Of a stretch of 64,000 nt of DNA, positions 11,575-21,305 are shown in pieces. The stretch spans positions 186,001-250,000 of the forward strand of contig NW_013657651.1 in NCBI RefSeq assembly GCF_000142905.1, in the 5' to 3' direction. Both the position numbers and the translations under genes were made by a program. This DNA is from Thecamonas trahens ATCC 50062 (lineage: Eukaryota > Protista > Apusomonadida). Below the pieces are notes generated by a model. That model was not told the DNA's origin and did not search any database. It was given only the letters and a program-made list of their open reading frames with translations. Numbering within the stretch: the stretch's first letter is position 1; the number at the start of each line of letters is the position of its first letter.

Positions 11575-12431
11575 TTACAGTCCGCTCACCGCGCTCGCCA
11601 ATCGTTGCACGTTGCCGGCCGTCGCAGGGCCCTTGCCGCGCCACCGGATCCGTCCCTCTGCGTCGACAAGGAGTGCGTAGCCGAACAGCCGGTTGTCCAC
11701 TCCAAGCGCTGCGCGCACCGTCTCGTCCGCGTCGAATGAGAGGAGCGTCGCATCAACCTGCGACGCCGGCGTCGCCTGCCGCAGCGACGAGACAAAGAGC
11801 GATTTGAACAGCTTGAGTACCCGCGTCTCAACAAACAGCAGATGTGTCCGCGGCAGCGCGCTCAGCCCGCCGTGCGCCGCGAGCGCTGCGCCCCAGTCAC
11901 GGGTGTGCTCCATCGCCGAGTCGCGGAACGCCACAAGCACCACCGACGGCTCCACAAACATGTCCGACGCGAGCACCACGTCCCGTGAGCTGAGCGACGT
12001 CGCCTCGACCCGCGGAAACTCGTCGGCATCCTCGATGCTGCTCACTGCTGCCGCCGCCGGAAACGCTTCTTCGCTCTCTCCAGCAGCGCCCGGATGAAAG
12101 GCACCGGCGCCGGCCTCCCGCACCACCGAGTTGACCTCGCCGAGCTCGTCAAAGTATCCCGTGCCAAGCTCAGCCCGGATGTCGGCCAGCCGCGCCGCCC
12201 GCGCCGCCGCCCGCTTCTCGCGACCAGCCTTGGTAAAGAGCTCGCCGACAGCCCCGAGCTTGCTTGTAGCGCCTCCAGACTCACCACCACCTCGGTCACC
12301 CCCTCGCTCTTTCCATCACTCTGCCCTGCATACCACCGCACCCGCCACCACCGGCTCGGCTCGCCCACCGCCGCCACCGCCATGCTCTGCCGCCCAGCAC
12401 CAGCCACGCTCCTTGCCACCGCCGTCAGCAT
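11575..12431 (-). CDS. ATP10: Mitochondrial ATP synthase assembly factor ATP10 (frameshift at ~12300)
   Basis: Presequence-like start MLTAVARSV; 'IRAELGTGYFDELGEV', 'VRAALGVDNRLFGYALLVDAEGRIRWRGKGPAT' are typical ATP10 motifs. One extra G in a G5 run joins the two ORFs. Confidence 0.85.
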
Positions 12432-12785
12432 GTCTGCCTCCCGCCGCTCTTGCAAGTATCCCTAGCTGAAACCACGAGGTGTGTCCCCTCTTTCACCACC
12501 ACCCACTCCCGCGCCCCCGTCCCTGTCTAGGCTGCCCCTTGTCGCGTCGAGAGCATCGCAGCCGACCAAGGGAGGAGCCGGCGGGCGCCGCCTCCCCCCC
12601 CCCCCCACACACACACACACACACAAACTCTCTCCCATCACCCGGTCACCCGATCACCTGATCACCCGATCACTGTACCTGCTAACTCGCCGACTCCATC
12701 AAGATTCCATCTCCCATTCTCCTACAGCCATCCCATCTCATCCCGTCCATGGCCGCGCTCTTCCCAGCGACTGCCGAGTGCCGAA

Positions 12786-15700
12786 ATGGCCGAGTGGCGA
12801 AGTGGTGGGCGGGCGGCAAACAACGTATGTTTCCCGCGCGGACACCGACACGCCCACCAGACCCACCACCACCACCTACACGGCGTCAGCAGAGGGAAAG
12901 AGGGAGAGAGGGAGAGAGCCACACTCACACCACTTTTGGCCACACACCCCTCTTCACACACTCTCTCCCCCCCCCCCCCAACCCCAACCCCAACCCCAAC
13001 CCAACCCCTTTCCCTGGCACTGCACGCTGCTTTGCTGCCTACTGGCCCCCGACCCGGCCTCTCTCAGGCGCGGGCGCTGGATGTGGCGGTGGACAGGGCA
13101 GAGGCGGCTCGAGGGAGTGCAGCTGGAGCAGCAGCAGCAGCAGATGCAGCTTTAACACGCAAGGTCCTCGACACTCTTGCTGCTCTCCTAGGATCGGCCC
13201 GCCAGTCTGCCGCTTTCGAGTCGGATCCGTCCATCTTTGCCCTGAGCCTCCTCGCCGCACATCCGGACCTGGTCCATCCTACTGCGCTCCACGCCATCCT
13301 TCATGCTCTAGCCGCATCGCGATCTGCCGCAGCTGACTCTCCGCTTGCAGCAGCAGCAGCAGCGGTGCTGGAGGCTGTCCTTGCCCGCAACAGCCATCCA
13401 GCTGCGATTGCCTCGGCCGGCCTTGCTGCATCGCCTGGCGTCTACGCCTCGCATGCTCGAACCCATTATGCCGCCATCGCAGCAGACGCTGCAGCAGACG
13501 CCTTTGCACGTCACTATGCACTCTTTAGGGCGTGGCATGTGTGGCAGAGGGAAATGGGTGCATCGGGTAAGGCTGCGCCGATGAACTCAGGTCTAGGCGA
13601 CGAGCTCGACGCGGCCTTGGCTGCTCTCCGCCAGCTCGTCCCGCCGCCCAGCTCGCCTGCCATGGCACCAAGTGCGGTCCTGGCAGGCCTCGACAAAATC
13701 CGCGAGTCCGATGCCGTAGAGAGCACTTTTACCTTTGTTTCAGCACGCGACGCGCTCCGCCATCCATCGGCGCTGCGGGTCCACAACGCGCTCGCGGCTG
13801 CAGCCTCCGCCGCTGCTGCGTCTGGGCAATTTGCCCAAGTCTGGACAGCGCTTCAGTATGCGCACAATGTGACACCTAGTCGTGTGCAAGAGTTGATGAT
13901 GGAGCAGCTCGGTAGCCAGTCCATTGATGCGCTCGCCGCCTCGCTCACCGTCCCGCCGGCGGGGCCACCATCACCTCACGGCGGTTTTGTAGCTCTTCCG
14001 CACCCGCCCAGTCTGGCGAGGTTTGTTGCTCCGATTCATCTAGTTCATGTTACGGCCGCTGGAGGTGAGTACGACAGCGTGATGCTTATGGCGCAGGCCC
14101 GACGCCATTCGAGGGTGCGGCTTGTTTCCAAGACCTGGCAATCCTGGATGCGCGAGCTAGCATGTGCGTTTCGAACTGCAGATTTAGGCTTTCTTCGCCC
14201 GTTTGTCATCGCCTGGTACGAGCATATGGTGGCTGTGCGGAGTGCACGCCTGCGCGCACAAAAGCGCGCCGCGTTTGAGGCTCGGGTCTGGTCCCGCCAG
14301 TCCGAGACGCGGGCGGTCGAGGCCTGGAAAGCCTGGCGCTACCGCCTGGCTGCGGTGCGACGGATTCGAGCTCGCAACCAACTCCTCGATCGTCTGTGCT
14401 CTGCCTGGCGAAAGCTGCACCGCGCGTATGCGATGCGACGGGCATGGGCAACATGGCGACGGGCAACCGCTCGCGCCGACGCTGCGGCCGCTGTCACGGC
14501 GGTTGTCACCCGGCGAGTGTTGCTCCTGTGGCTCCGCCGGACAGCTGAACGGCGGCGACGGAGGGAAGCGCTTGCGGCAGCAGGCAAGCGGGCCGCACAC
14601 TTGTGTGCTCTGCGTGTGCTTGCCCACTGGCGGGCAGCATTGGCAGTGCGAAGCCGAGTCCGAGCGAGCGCTGAGTTTATTATCATGATTCGTCACGAGC
14701 GTGCTCTTGTGGGCAGGGCGTTTGCCGGCTGGCTGCATGTGGTGACCACTGCTGCACGGGCGCGCGCAGCCGCGCAGGCCGCTGACGCGTTTGCTCGCAG
14801 TTCGCGGCTTCGAACGGCGCTCGGCACCTGGCGGGCATGGGCAGTGCGATCGCTGCGAAACCGGCGGCTGGTAGCTTTTGCGCGGGCCGCCCGGGAGCGT
14901 GCTATTCGAGCAGACACACTGGCGGCATGGCGAGCGTGGGTGTCACGACGGAGCCGGGCCCGCGAGCTTCTGGCCCGCGCTGATGCAGGGCGGCGACGGA
15001 GATTGCTGCGGACTGCCTTTGACGCGCTGGCACGCGCGCCTCGTTTTGCTGCTCTCGAGCAACGGGTCCAGACCCGCAGTCTTGCCACAGTGCTGGCGGC
15101 CTGGCGTACTGTTCTCGGGCGGGCTGCCGAGCGCGCGCGAGTGTGGGCGCGGGCACAGGCCCACGCTCAGGCGGCATCTGCTGCACGGCTTCTACCGCGG
15201 GCTATGAGAGCGTGGCAGTCTTTTGTGGCGCGGCGACGCGCGGCACGCCGCAAGCTTGCGGCAAAGCGTCAGAAAGCCGACGCCCACTTTGCGCGTCGGA
15301 GCCTGGTAGCATGGCGTCGCGTCGCCCGGCAGATCGGGCTGGAGCGACGTCAGACTGCCGCCGCCAGCGCGCTCGCTGTCCGAGCTGTCGCCCGTCGCGT
15401 CCTTGGCCGCTGGCATCGATGGACGTGCTTATCGCGGGAGCTTGGCAAATTTGTTGCCCGGCGAAAGGCACGCCAGGTGCGGCAAGTGCTGCTTGCGTGG
15501 GCGAAAGTGACGTCTGCTGCGTCTGTCGCTCGAGCTCGCAAGCAAGCGCTGATTGTTGCGCGCCGGGCACGAGAGGTTCGAGCCATGGCCACGGCATGGC
15601 GGGCGTGGCGAGACGATGTTGACGCCCGCACCAACGCTCGACTTGAACTTGCGGGCGTGTACCGAGTCCGCACGCTGCTGCGGTTGGCGATGCGCGGCTT

Positions 15701-16235
15701 TGCCAGCCATGCGGCACAGAGCCGCGAGCTGATGTCCCGCGCCGAGGCACTTGAGCAGGCTCGGATGGAGAGTCTGGCCCGCCGTGCGCTTTTCAAGTGG
15801 CAAGAAGCGACTGCCGCCGCTGCAGCGGCAGCGGATGTGGCGCACTGGACGGCTGTGGCGGCCGCGCACCGCGACGATGCACTGATGCGTCGGGCGCTGC
15901 GTGGGTGGGCAGCGCATGTCGAGGCGCGTGCGCTCGCAGAGGCACAAGTCGCCGAGGCTGTTGCCTTTGCGCGATACCGCAGACTCACCCGCGCGATGAC
16001 AACATGGCGAGGAGCAGCAGTGTTAGTGAGAGAGCGACGGCTGCTCCGCTACGCGTTTGAGTACTGGTTCGAAGTAACGCAAGCGACTTGCGAGTTTGAG
16101 ACCCGCATCGACGCTCTTCTCCAGCTTGTCGACCTCAACACCAAGTCGCGGATGTTCTTCCGATGGAAACAGATGTACACAGGCCTGCAACTGTCAGAAG
16201 CCACGCGACGTGATCTTCAAGACAAGCTCGCGTAG
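12786..16235 (+). CDS. Sfi1-like centrin-binding repeat protein; probable in-frame intron 12825-13067
   Basis: Dozens of spaced 'R..F/L..W(R)' repeats in an Arg/Ala-rich helical ORF of 1149 aa. GTATGT donor at 12825 and CAG acceptor at 13067 bracket low-complexity sequence. Confidence 0.7.
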   Translation: MAEWRSGGRAANNVCFPRGHRHAHQTHHHHLHGVSRGKEGERERATLTPLLATHPSSHTLSPPPPTPTPTPTQPLSLALHAALLPTGPRPGLSQARALDVAVDRAEAARGSAAGAAAAADAALTRKVLDTLAALLGSARQSAAFESDPSIFALSLLAAHPDLVHPTALHAILHALAASRSAAADSPLAAAAAAVLEAVLARNSHPAAIASAGLAASPGVYASHARTHYAAIAADAAADAFARHYALFRAWHVWQREMGASGKAAPMNSGLGDELDAALAALRQLVPPPSSPAMAPSAVLAGLDKIRESDAVESTFTFVSARDALRHPSALRVHNALAAAASAAAASGQFAQVWTALQYAHNVTPSRVQELMMEQLGSQSIDALAASLTVPPAGPPSPHGGFVALPHPPSLARFVAPIHLVHVTAAGGEYDSVMLMAQARRHSRVRLVSKTWQSWMRELACAFRTADLGFLRPFVIAWYEHMVAVRSARLRAQKRAAFEARVWSRQSETRAVEAWKAWRYRLAAVRRIRARNQLLDRLCSAWRKLHRAYAMRRAWATWRRATARADAAAAVTAVVTRRVLLLWLRRTAERRRRREALAAAGKRAAHLCALRVLAHWRAALAVRSRVRASAEFIIMIRHERALVGRAFAGWLHVVTTAARARAAAQAADAFARSSRLRTALGTWRAWAVRSLRNRRLVAFARAARERAIRADTLAAWRAWVSRRSRARELLARADAGRRRRLLRTAFDALARAPRFAALEQRVQTRSLATVLAAWRTVLGRAAERARVWARAQAHAQAASAARLLPRAMRAWQSFVARRRAARRKLAAKRQKADAHFARRSLVAWRRVARQIGLERRQTAAASALAVRAVARRVLGRWHRWTCLSRELGKFVARRKARQVRQVLLAWAKVTSAASVARARKQALIVARRAREVRAMATAWRAWRDDVDARTNARLELAGVYRVRTLLRLAMRGFASHAAQSRELMSRAEALEQARMESLARRALFKWQEATAAAAAAADVAHWTAVAAAHRDDALMRRALRGWAAHVEARALAEAQVAEAVAFARYRRLTRAMTTWRGAAVLVRERRLLRYAFEYWFEVTQATCEFETRIDALLQLVDLNTKSRMFFRWKQMYTGLQLSEATRRDLQDKLA

Positions 16236-16440
16236 CACCTTTTATTGAAGCCGAGGGACCCTGCCATGTGTCTTGGCGTAGCGCAAGTTCGCGTGTGAGT
16301 GGTGGCAGTGAAGCGAGTGCGACTTGGCGACTCGGACGGGGAGGCGGCTTCACCACAAGGACAGGCAGGGCAAGCGAGGCATATACGCCTCTTCCACCGT
16401 AGCAGACGCAGTCCATCGTTGTCGTGCGGCTATTACGGTG

Positions 16441-17400
16441 ATGACCAAGCGTAAGCGCGGAGGCCAAGGCCAAGGCCAGGGCCAGGGCCAGGGCCAGGGC
16501 CAGGGCCACACCGGTGGCAAGGGCTCGAACAAGGGCAAGGCGGGCAAGCAGGGCGGGAAGCAGCGGCAACAGACGAGCGGGAGGAAGAAGCAGTCGTCGC
16601 AGCAGCAGCAGCAGCAGCAACAACAACAACAGCAGCAGCAGGTCGGGAGGAAGAGCGGAAAGGGTGGCGGGTCGGCCGGGGCCACATCGCCGATGAAGGG
16701 TGGCAAGAAGGGCAAGGGCAAAGGAGGCGGCGGGCCTGGGCAGCGAGGTCACGGGAAGGGAGCCAAGGCAGGATCCAGTGGTACTGGTGGTGGTGGTGGC
16801 GGCGGTGGTGGTGGGAAGGGCCGAAAGAGCAGCAAGAGCAAGGGCGGAGGCGGATCGGAGAGAGAGACCGATGCCAAGAGGCTCGCCCAGCGGCAGCGGA
16901 CCCTTGAGTTTGGCTACAACACTCGCGGATACACTGCGTACCGTGCCCAAGTGCCCAAGGAACAGCGTTTGCCACACCATCCGCAAACGCCTGACAAGAC
17001 AGTAGCCATGGGCCGACGCGAGTGGGACGCTGCTGTCCGCGAGTGGCGCAAGGCTCTGCACGAGTTCGATCCTGTCGAACCCGCAGACGAGACCACCGAT
17101 GACGGTCGTCCGCGGCCGATGGTCGTCTCCTCGACCGCTGACCAGGAAGCTGCTATGGATCTTGCCGCTACTATCGCCGAGAGTGACATCAAGGACACTC
17201 TCACCGACGTCGATGCCGAGCGCGAGGCACTTGCCCTCCGTCGCGGCGAGTTCCCGTTGGAAGAGCCTGGTCCAGTCTCACCACGCGTCGCCGCCGTCAT
17301 TCATCGGCTCAACGCTGAGCTTGATGTCGAGCTCGCGGCCATGTACGATGACTACAAGCCGGTTCCCCTCGATCTTGCGCCGCATCCAAGCAACCACTGA
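16441..17400 (+). CDS. SLBP: Histone stem-loop binding protein (SLBP) RNA-binding domain protein
   Basis: ETDAKRLAQRQRTLEFGYNTRGYTAY…HPQTPDK…RREWDAAVREWRKALHEFDP is the SLBP RNA-binding domain. The N-terminus is G/Q/K low-complexity. Confidence 0.88.
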   Translation: MTKRKRGGQGQGQGQGQGQGQGHTGGKGSNKGKAGKQGGKQRQQTSGRKKQSSQQQQQQQQQQQQQQVGRKSGKGGGSAGATSPMKGGKKGKGKGGGGPGQRGHGKGAKAGSSGTGGGGGGGGGGKGRKSSKSKGGGGSERETDAKRLAQRQRTLEFGYNTRGYTAYRAQVPKEQRLPHHPQTPDKTVAMGRREWDAAVREWRKALHEFDPVEPADETTDDGRPRPMVVSSTADQEAAMDLAATIAESDIKDTLTDVDAEREALALRRGEFPLEEPGPVSPRVAAVIHRLNAELDVELAAMYDDYKPVPLDLAPHPSNH

Positions 17401-17819
17401 CATGGCTGTCGGTAGAGCATCGCCAATCCACCAATCCAGCATGTACTCTACGCGCGAGGGCATCGCCATCATCATCATCTACCCATCATCTGTAGCAAAT
17501 CAACCATATATTCTTTCGACGGCTTTTGTAGCCGGATTAATCCCCACTCGCTCTCAAACGTGCATGCAATCATCTCGTCGGGTGTGCCAGGGCCGGGGGG
17601 GGGGGGGGGGGGGGAGGTGACCATGGGCGGATTTGGCGCCAAAGTGGCAGGCAGAGTCGGTTTCTCGAACGAACCGAGCGACACGTGCCGAGAGGAGCAG
17701 GTGCGTGGGGCAGGGCGAGGGGGGGAGGGGGGGAGGGGGATGGAGAGGGGAGCAGACGACACCTGACGTCAAAGAGATAGACAGGGAGGGTCCAAAGCAA
17801 AGGCGTAGGGACTAAGCAG

Positions 17820-19268
17820 ATGAACGACCCGTCTGGGCTGGATGAGCTTAAGTCGATGGTGACTACGTCGCTTGCCGCCAAGGGTGTCCTCGCCTCGCTC
17901 CGGGCCCAACTACGGGCGGCTGTGTATGAAGCTCTGGACGAGGCTGACGGCGGTGCTGGTGGCTCTTCTGGAGCTGCGCTGGTAGCTACCTGTGAAGACC
18001 ATGTCCTCCTCCTCTCCCTTGTCGCAGACTATCTCCACAGTGCTGGTCTCAAGTACTCGGCTTCAGTCCTCATCGCTGAAGCCGGTATCGATGCCCGCCC
18101 CGACCCGCTCCCGCGCGCAGCCGCTCTTGCGGCTGCCCTGGATCTTCCGCACCCACAGGGCCAAGAGCCTGTCTTAGCCACACTCATCCGAACCGCAAAG
18201 GCTTTGCCTGCGTCGCTCCAGTCTGCTCAGCCCGAGAGTCACTCTCGCGATCAGTCGCCGCCGCGCGCCGCAGACTCCCACTCCTCCCCGGCCCCTAGCT
18301 CGCCGAAGGCGGCATCCTCGCCCGCAACCGCATACATGCCGACTTATGGCTCCAACAGCTCTTTTGTTGAGTCATTCGATGAGTCGATTCCCGAATCTGT
18401 ACCCGAGGAGGTCGAGGAGATGCTCGATACCTCGCTGGTCGAGTCGATCGACGACGACGACGATGGCGGCGACGTGCTCGACCTACTCCCACAGGGCCGG
18501 CCCACTTTGTCGTACGGCTCACGTCCTGTGGCAGGTGCTGGGTTGAACTCTCGTCCAAGGCCGACCACACAGTCGTCTGTTGTGATGTTTGGCGACGACG
18601 ACTCGTTTACCGAGTCTGTGCCCGAGGAGGAGCTGATTGAGGAGGAGACGCCTGCTGCTGTTCCCGCTCTTGCAGCAGCAATGACGCCCCCAGCGCATCG
18701 GGGCGGCGCCGTGGCATCTGGAGGGCTGTTTGGAAGTGGAGGCGGTGGACTCGGCGACGCACCACCGCTCGGGCGGCCTGCCTCGTCACACGGACGGTCC
18801 GGGCTTCCACCGCTTGGAGGCCGGCTGCCAACCCTTGACTCGAACGCGCGTGATCAGATGGCGCGCGATCTGCTGGGAGACGACTTTGAGGGCGATTCTA
18901 TCGACGTGGGAGACGAGACCGATGACGACATGGCGCATCTGGCGTACCTCAACTCGCTGGAGACCCAGCTGCGCAAGCCGGTAGTGCGCGGCGCACCGGG
19001 CGCCAAGACCCAGGCCAAGGCTTCTGTAGTCACCGCCAATCCGTACCTTCATGATGCGTTTGAGAGCGACGACGATGACGGCGGCATGTTTGGCGGGCGC
19101 GATCTCGACGACGACGACGACGACTTTGACGACGACTTTGACGACTCGGACCTCGATGCGCCGATTGTCGACCCGCACCGCAACGACTTTGGCTCGCTCG
19201 CCACCTCTGACCGATCCGCCTCTCCGCTCGACGTTCGTGACTTTGACTATGTGGAGTCTGTTCTTTAG
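17820..19268 (+). CDS. CEP43: FGFR1OP/FOP (CEP43)-like centrosomal protein
   Basis: N-terminal FOP/LisH motif (ELKSMVTTSLAAKGVLASLRAQLRAAVYEAL…LVADYL…LKYSASVLIAEAG) and C-terminal 'TSDRS…DYVESV'. Confidence 0.8.
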   Translation: MNDPSGLDELKSMVTTSLAAKGVLASLRAQLRAAVYEALDEADGGAGGSSGAALVATCEDHVLLLSLVADYLHSAGLKYSASVLIAEAGIDARPDPLPRAAALAAALDLPHPQGQEPVLATLIRTAKALPASLQSAQPESHSRDQSPPRAADSHSSPAPSSPKAASSPATAYMPTYGSNSSFVESFDESIPESVPEEVEEMLDTSLVESIDDDDDGGDVLDLLPQGRPTLSYGSRPVAGAGLNSRPRPTTQSSVVMFGDDDSFTESVPEEELIEEETPAAVPALAAAMTPPAHRGGAVASGGLFGSGGGGLGDAPPLGRPASSHGRSGLPPLGGRLPTLDSNARDQMARDLLGDDFEGDSIDVGDETDDDMAHLAYLNSLETQLRKPVVRGAPGAKTQAKASVVTANPYLHDAFESDDDDGGMFGGRDLDDDDDDFDDDFDDSDLDAPIVDPHRNDFGSLATSDRSASPLDVRDFDYVESVL

Positions 19269-19689
19269 CCTTTACGATACAGAATGGACAGTTTTGTCCA
19301 TCACACAAGCCGCGCTCCGCGACGCTCACAGACGTCGCGACGTCCATCAACCGCGGTAAAAGAGTAGTACAATGTGTCAATGGTTGCTGTGGCCACTGGT
19401 GGCCCACAACAACCTCGGACGACGAGGGCGTGGCCAGACGGGGCGACGTCGGCCGTGGCCACTCCACCCACCCACCCCCACACACATGCACACACAAACA
19501 TAAACTCGAAGATACCGCAGGGCGACGTCTCTATGTACTGACGTGCATCTGTGGTCGTAGACGACGTTGCGTCGTCGCACATCGCGCTCGCTGCGGGCGA
19601 GTAGATGGCCTAATCTTTGGAGTGCTCTGTGATCTGGAGTGTGTGTGCCATGTCGTGTCCGTGTGTGTGAGAATCAGTTTAATGATGTA

Positions 19690-21247
19690 GACTAGAGGGT
19701 CCACAACCAACCGAACGTCGGACGAAGCCCCCGACCGTAGGAAGGGACTGTCCGGGCCCGTCTGGCGCCAACTTACTCGTGAGCCTCGTCATACGCATGA
19801 AGCGCTTGGACTTGGGGCCTGGCCTTGGGTAGGGGTCAGGACGTGGATCGGACCGGCGTGAGCCGGGCCGATTAGAACAATTATGCCGCCCTGCACGGGT
19901 GCAGGGGTTAGTTATCCAACCTTACGGCAGGGGGTCTCCGACCCGATAAGGTTGCATCGGATCTTGGGTGCAGGAGGAGGTCTTGTCCAGAAAGAGGGGG
20001 GAATGGGGGAAGGGGGCGAAAAGGGGGTAAAATGGCGTGTTGGGGGGTAAAGAGATGGGCGTTGGAGATGGCGTTGAAGATGGCGTTGACAATGGACGAG
20101 ACACAGCAGCGCTGTTGAGAGCTCCTGTGTTCCAGATCACGTGCTGGAGAGTTGTTGCATGGAGTTAAGCAGAGAAGCACCTACAGGAACTGCAGGGTGC
20201 CACCTGCCGTGGGATTGTACGCCGGCCCTAAGTACCGCGAACCACTGATCTCACTACGGCGAGAAGACGGCCGCCACATAGGACATCCGTAAGTGGTGCG
20301 GCGTACAACTTGTTGGGTGCTCAACATCGACTGCAGGATACTCTAGTCACTTGGAATCCCTCACTGGGGCGCCGACGACCGATATTCCTTCAGATCCCAC
20401 CCTCCAAGAGGCCGACCTCTGTCCTGGTTGCAGCTCAGGACCACCGAGCATCCGGCGGTCCACCAGGGAGAGGTTGGCAATATGGATGATAATGCCGACA
20501 ACATGTGACGACACTGGTTGCCGTCGGCGGGCCGACGGCGGGATGGACACACATCCCATGGGGGGTTAGGAGGATCAGCGTGAGCGGGGCGCATGCGCCC
20601 TCGCCCCGCTGATCCGTCCACACCTCGCAGCGCCGTTTAGGGACGGATCCCTGACCGCAACCATCGGGGGCGACAAACGGTAGGTGCACCTACCGCCGGT
20701 CAACCCCCTTCGAATGAGACCGCACCCCCTTGCGGACTCCGGTCGCATGACGTTTGGCGGGTCATTTCTGACCACGAGGAAGGATGTGCAAGGGCGCCAG
20801 ACGGACTACGTCCTGGCGCCCAGGGGGCCGGCTCCTCCCCTGGCCCCCCTTCCTGGTGGTACACGCTCCTCGGCCTGCTCAAGACCCCGGGTGCACCCCC
20901 GGCCACGGGCAGAGCCCGTGACTGGTTGCTACCCTTCACCCGGTGCCCTGAGCGCGGCTGAAGCCGAAGGTCGCGCGACCCCAAAAATTACATTGTCCAC
21001 GACTCCCGCACTGTCCAAGGACAGTACGGCCCCCTCATGTAGGGGGTCTCCCAGGGTGTGCACTGTGTCATCCACACCACAGCCCTGTTTGTCACCGGGA
21101 CTCCCGACCGCGAGCCTGCGAGCGGGAGGGGTAATTCCGGAGAGAGGAGTCATAGCCTGTCCGTCTCGCGCATCAAATGTGTGATCAACCACTCTTCGCA
21201 GCAGCTCGTCCCCCACTCTGACACGATCTGCTGGATCTCCGATTTTT
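19690..21247 (+). ncRNA. Candidate large structured non-coding RNA (~1.55 kb), class unknown
   Basis: No credible ORF. More than 15 helices found by eye, including long-range closing stems 19690-19697/20341-20348 and 20351-20359/21233-21242. G-U pairs and a GUGA tetraloop favour the + strand. A T5 run follows immediately. Confidence 0.55.
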
Positions 21248-21305
21248 AGGCGATGCCTTGCTTCGCCAATCCCCCCCCCTCCCCCCCTCCTCCTGCATCT
21301 CTGCC

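Noticed and set aside
12976-13008. (CCCCAA)n as interstitial telomeric repeat
   Set aside because: Only about 4 units within a C-rich intron like the others; the organism's telomere repeat is not known from this window.
16463-16640. (GGCCAG)n and CAG/CAA repeats as CRISPR-like or polyQ disease-type features
   Set aside because: Simple coding low-complexity (GQ and polyQ) in the SLBP N-terminus; no spacers.
17519-17533. Hairpin CGGCTTTTGTAGCCG downstream of SLBP as an autoregulatory histone-type stem-loop
   Set aside because: 5-bp stem with a 5-nt loop does not fit the 6-bp/4-nt histone stem-loop consensus.
19686-20350. Group I intron P7-like pairing (AGACTA/TAGTC)
   Set aside because: No P3-P6 core upstream and no host exon; better explained as a domain-closing helix.
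20760-20966. U3-like strings (TCATTTCT, ACCACGAGGAAG, CCTGAGCG…TGAAGCCG)
   Set aside because: Spacing is wrong, no convincing box C/D pair, and ACCACGAGGAAGG pairs locally with CCTTCCTGGTGGT.
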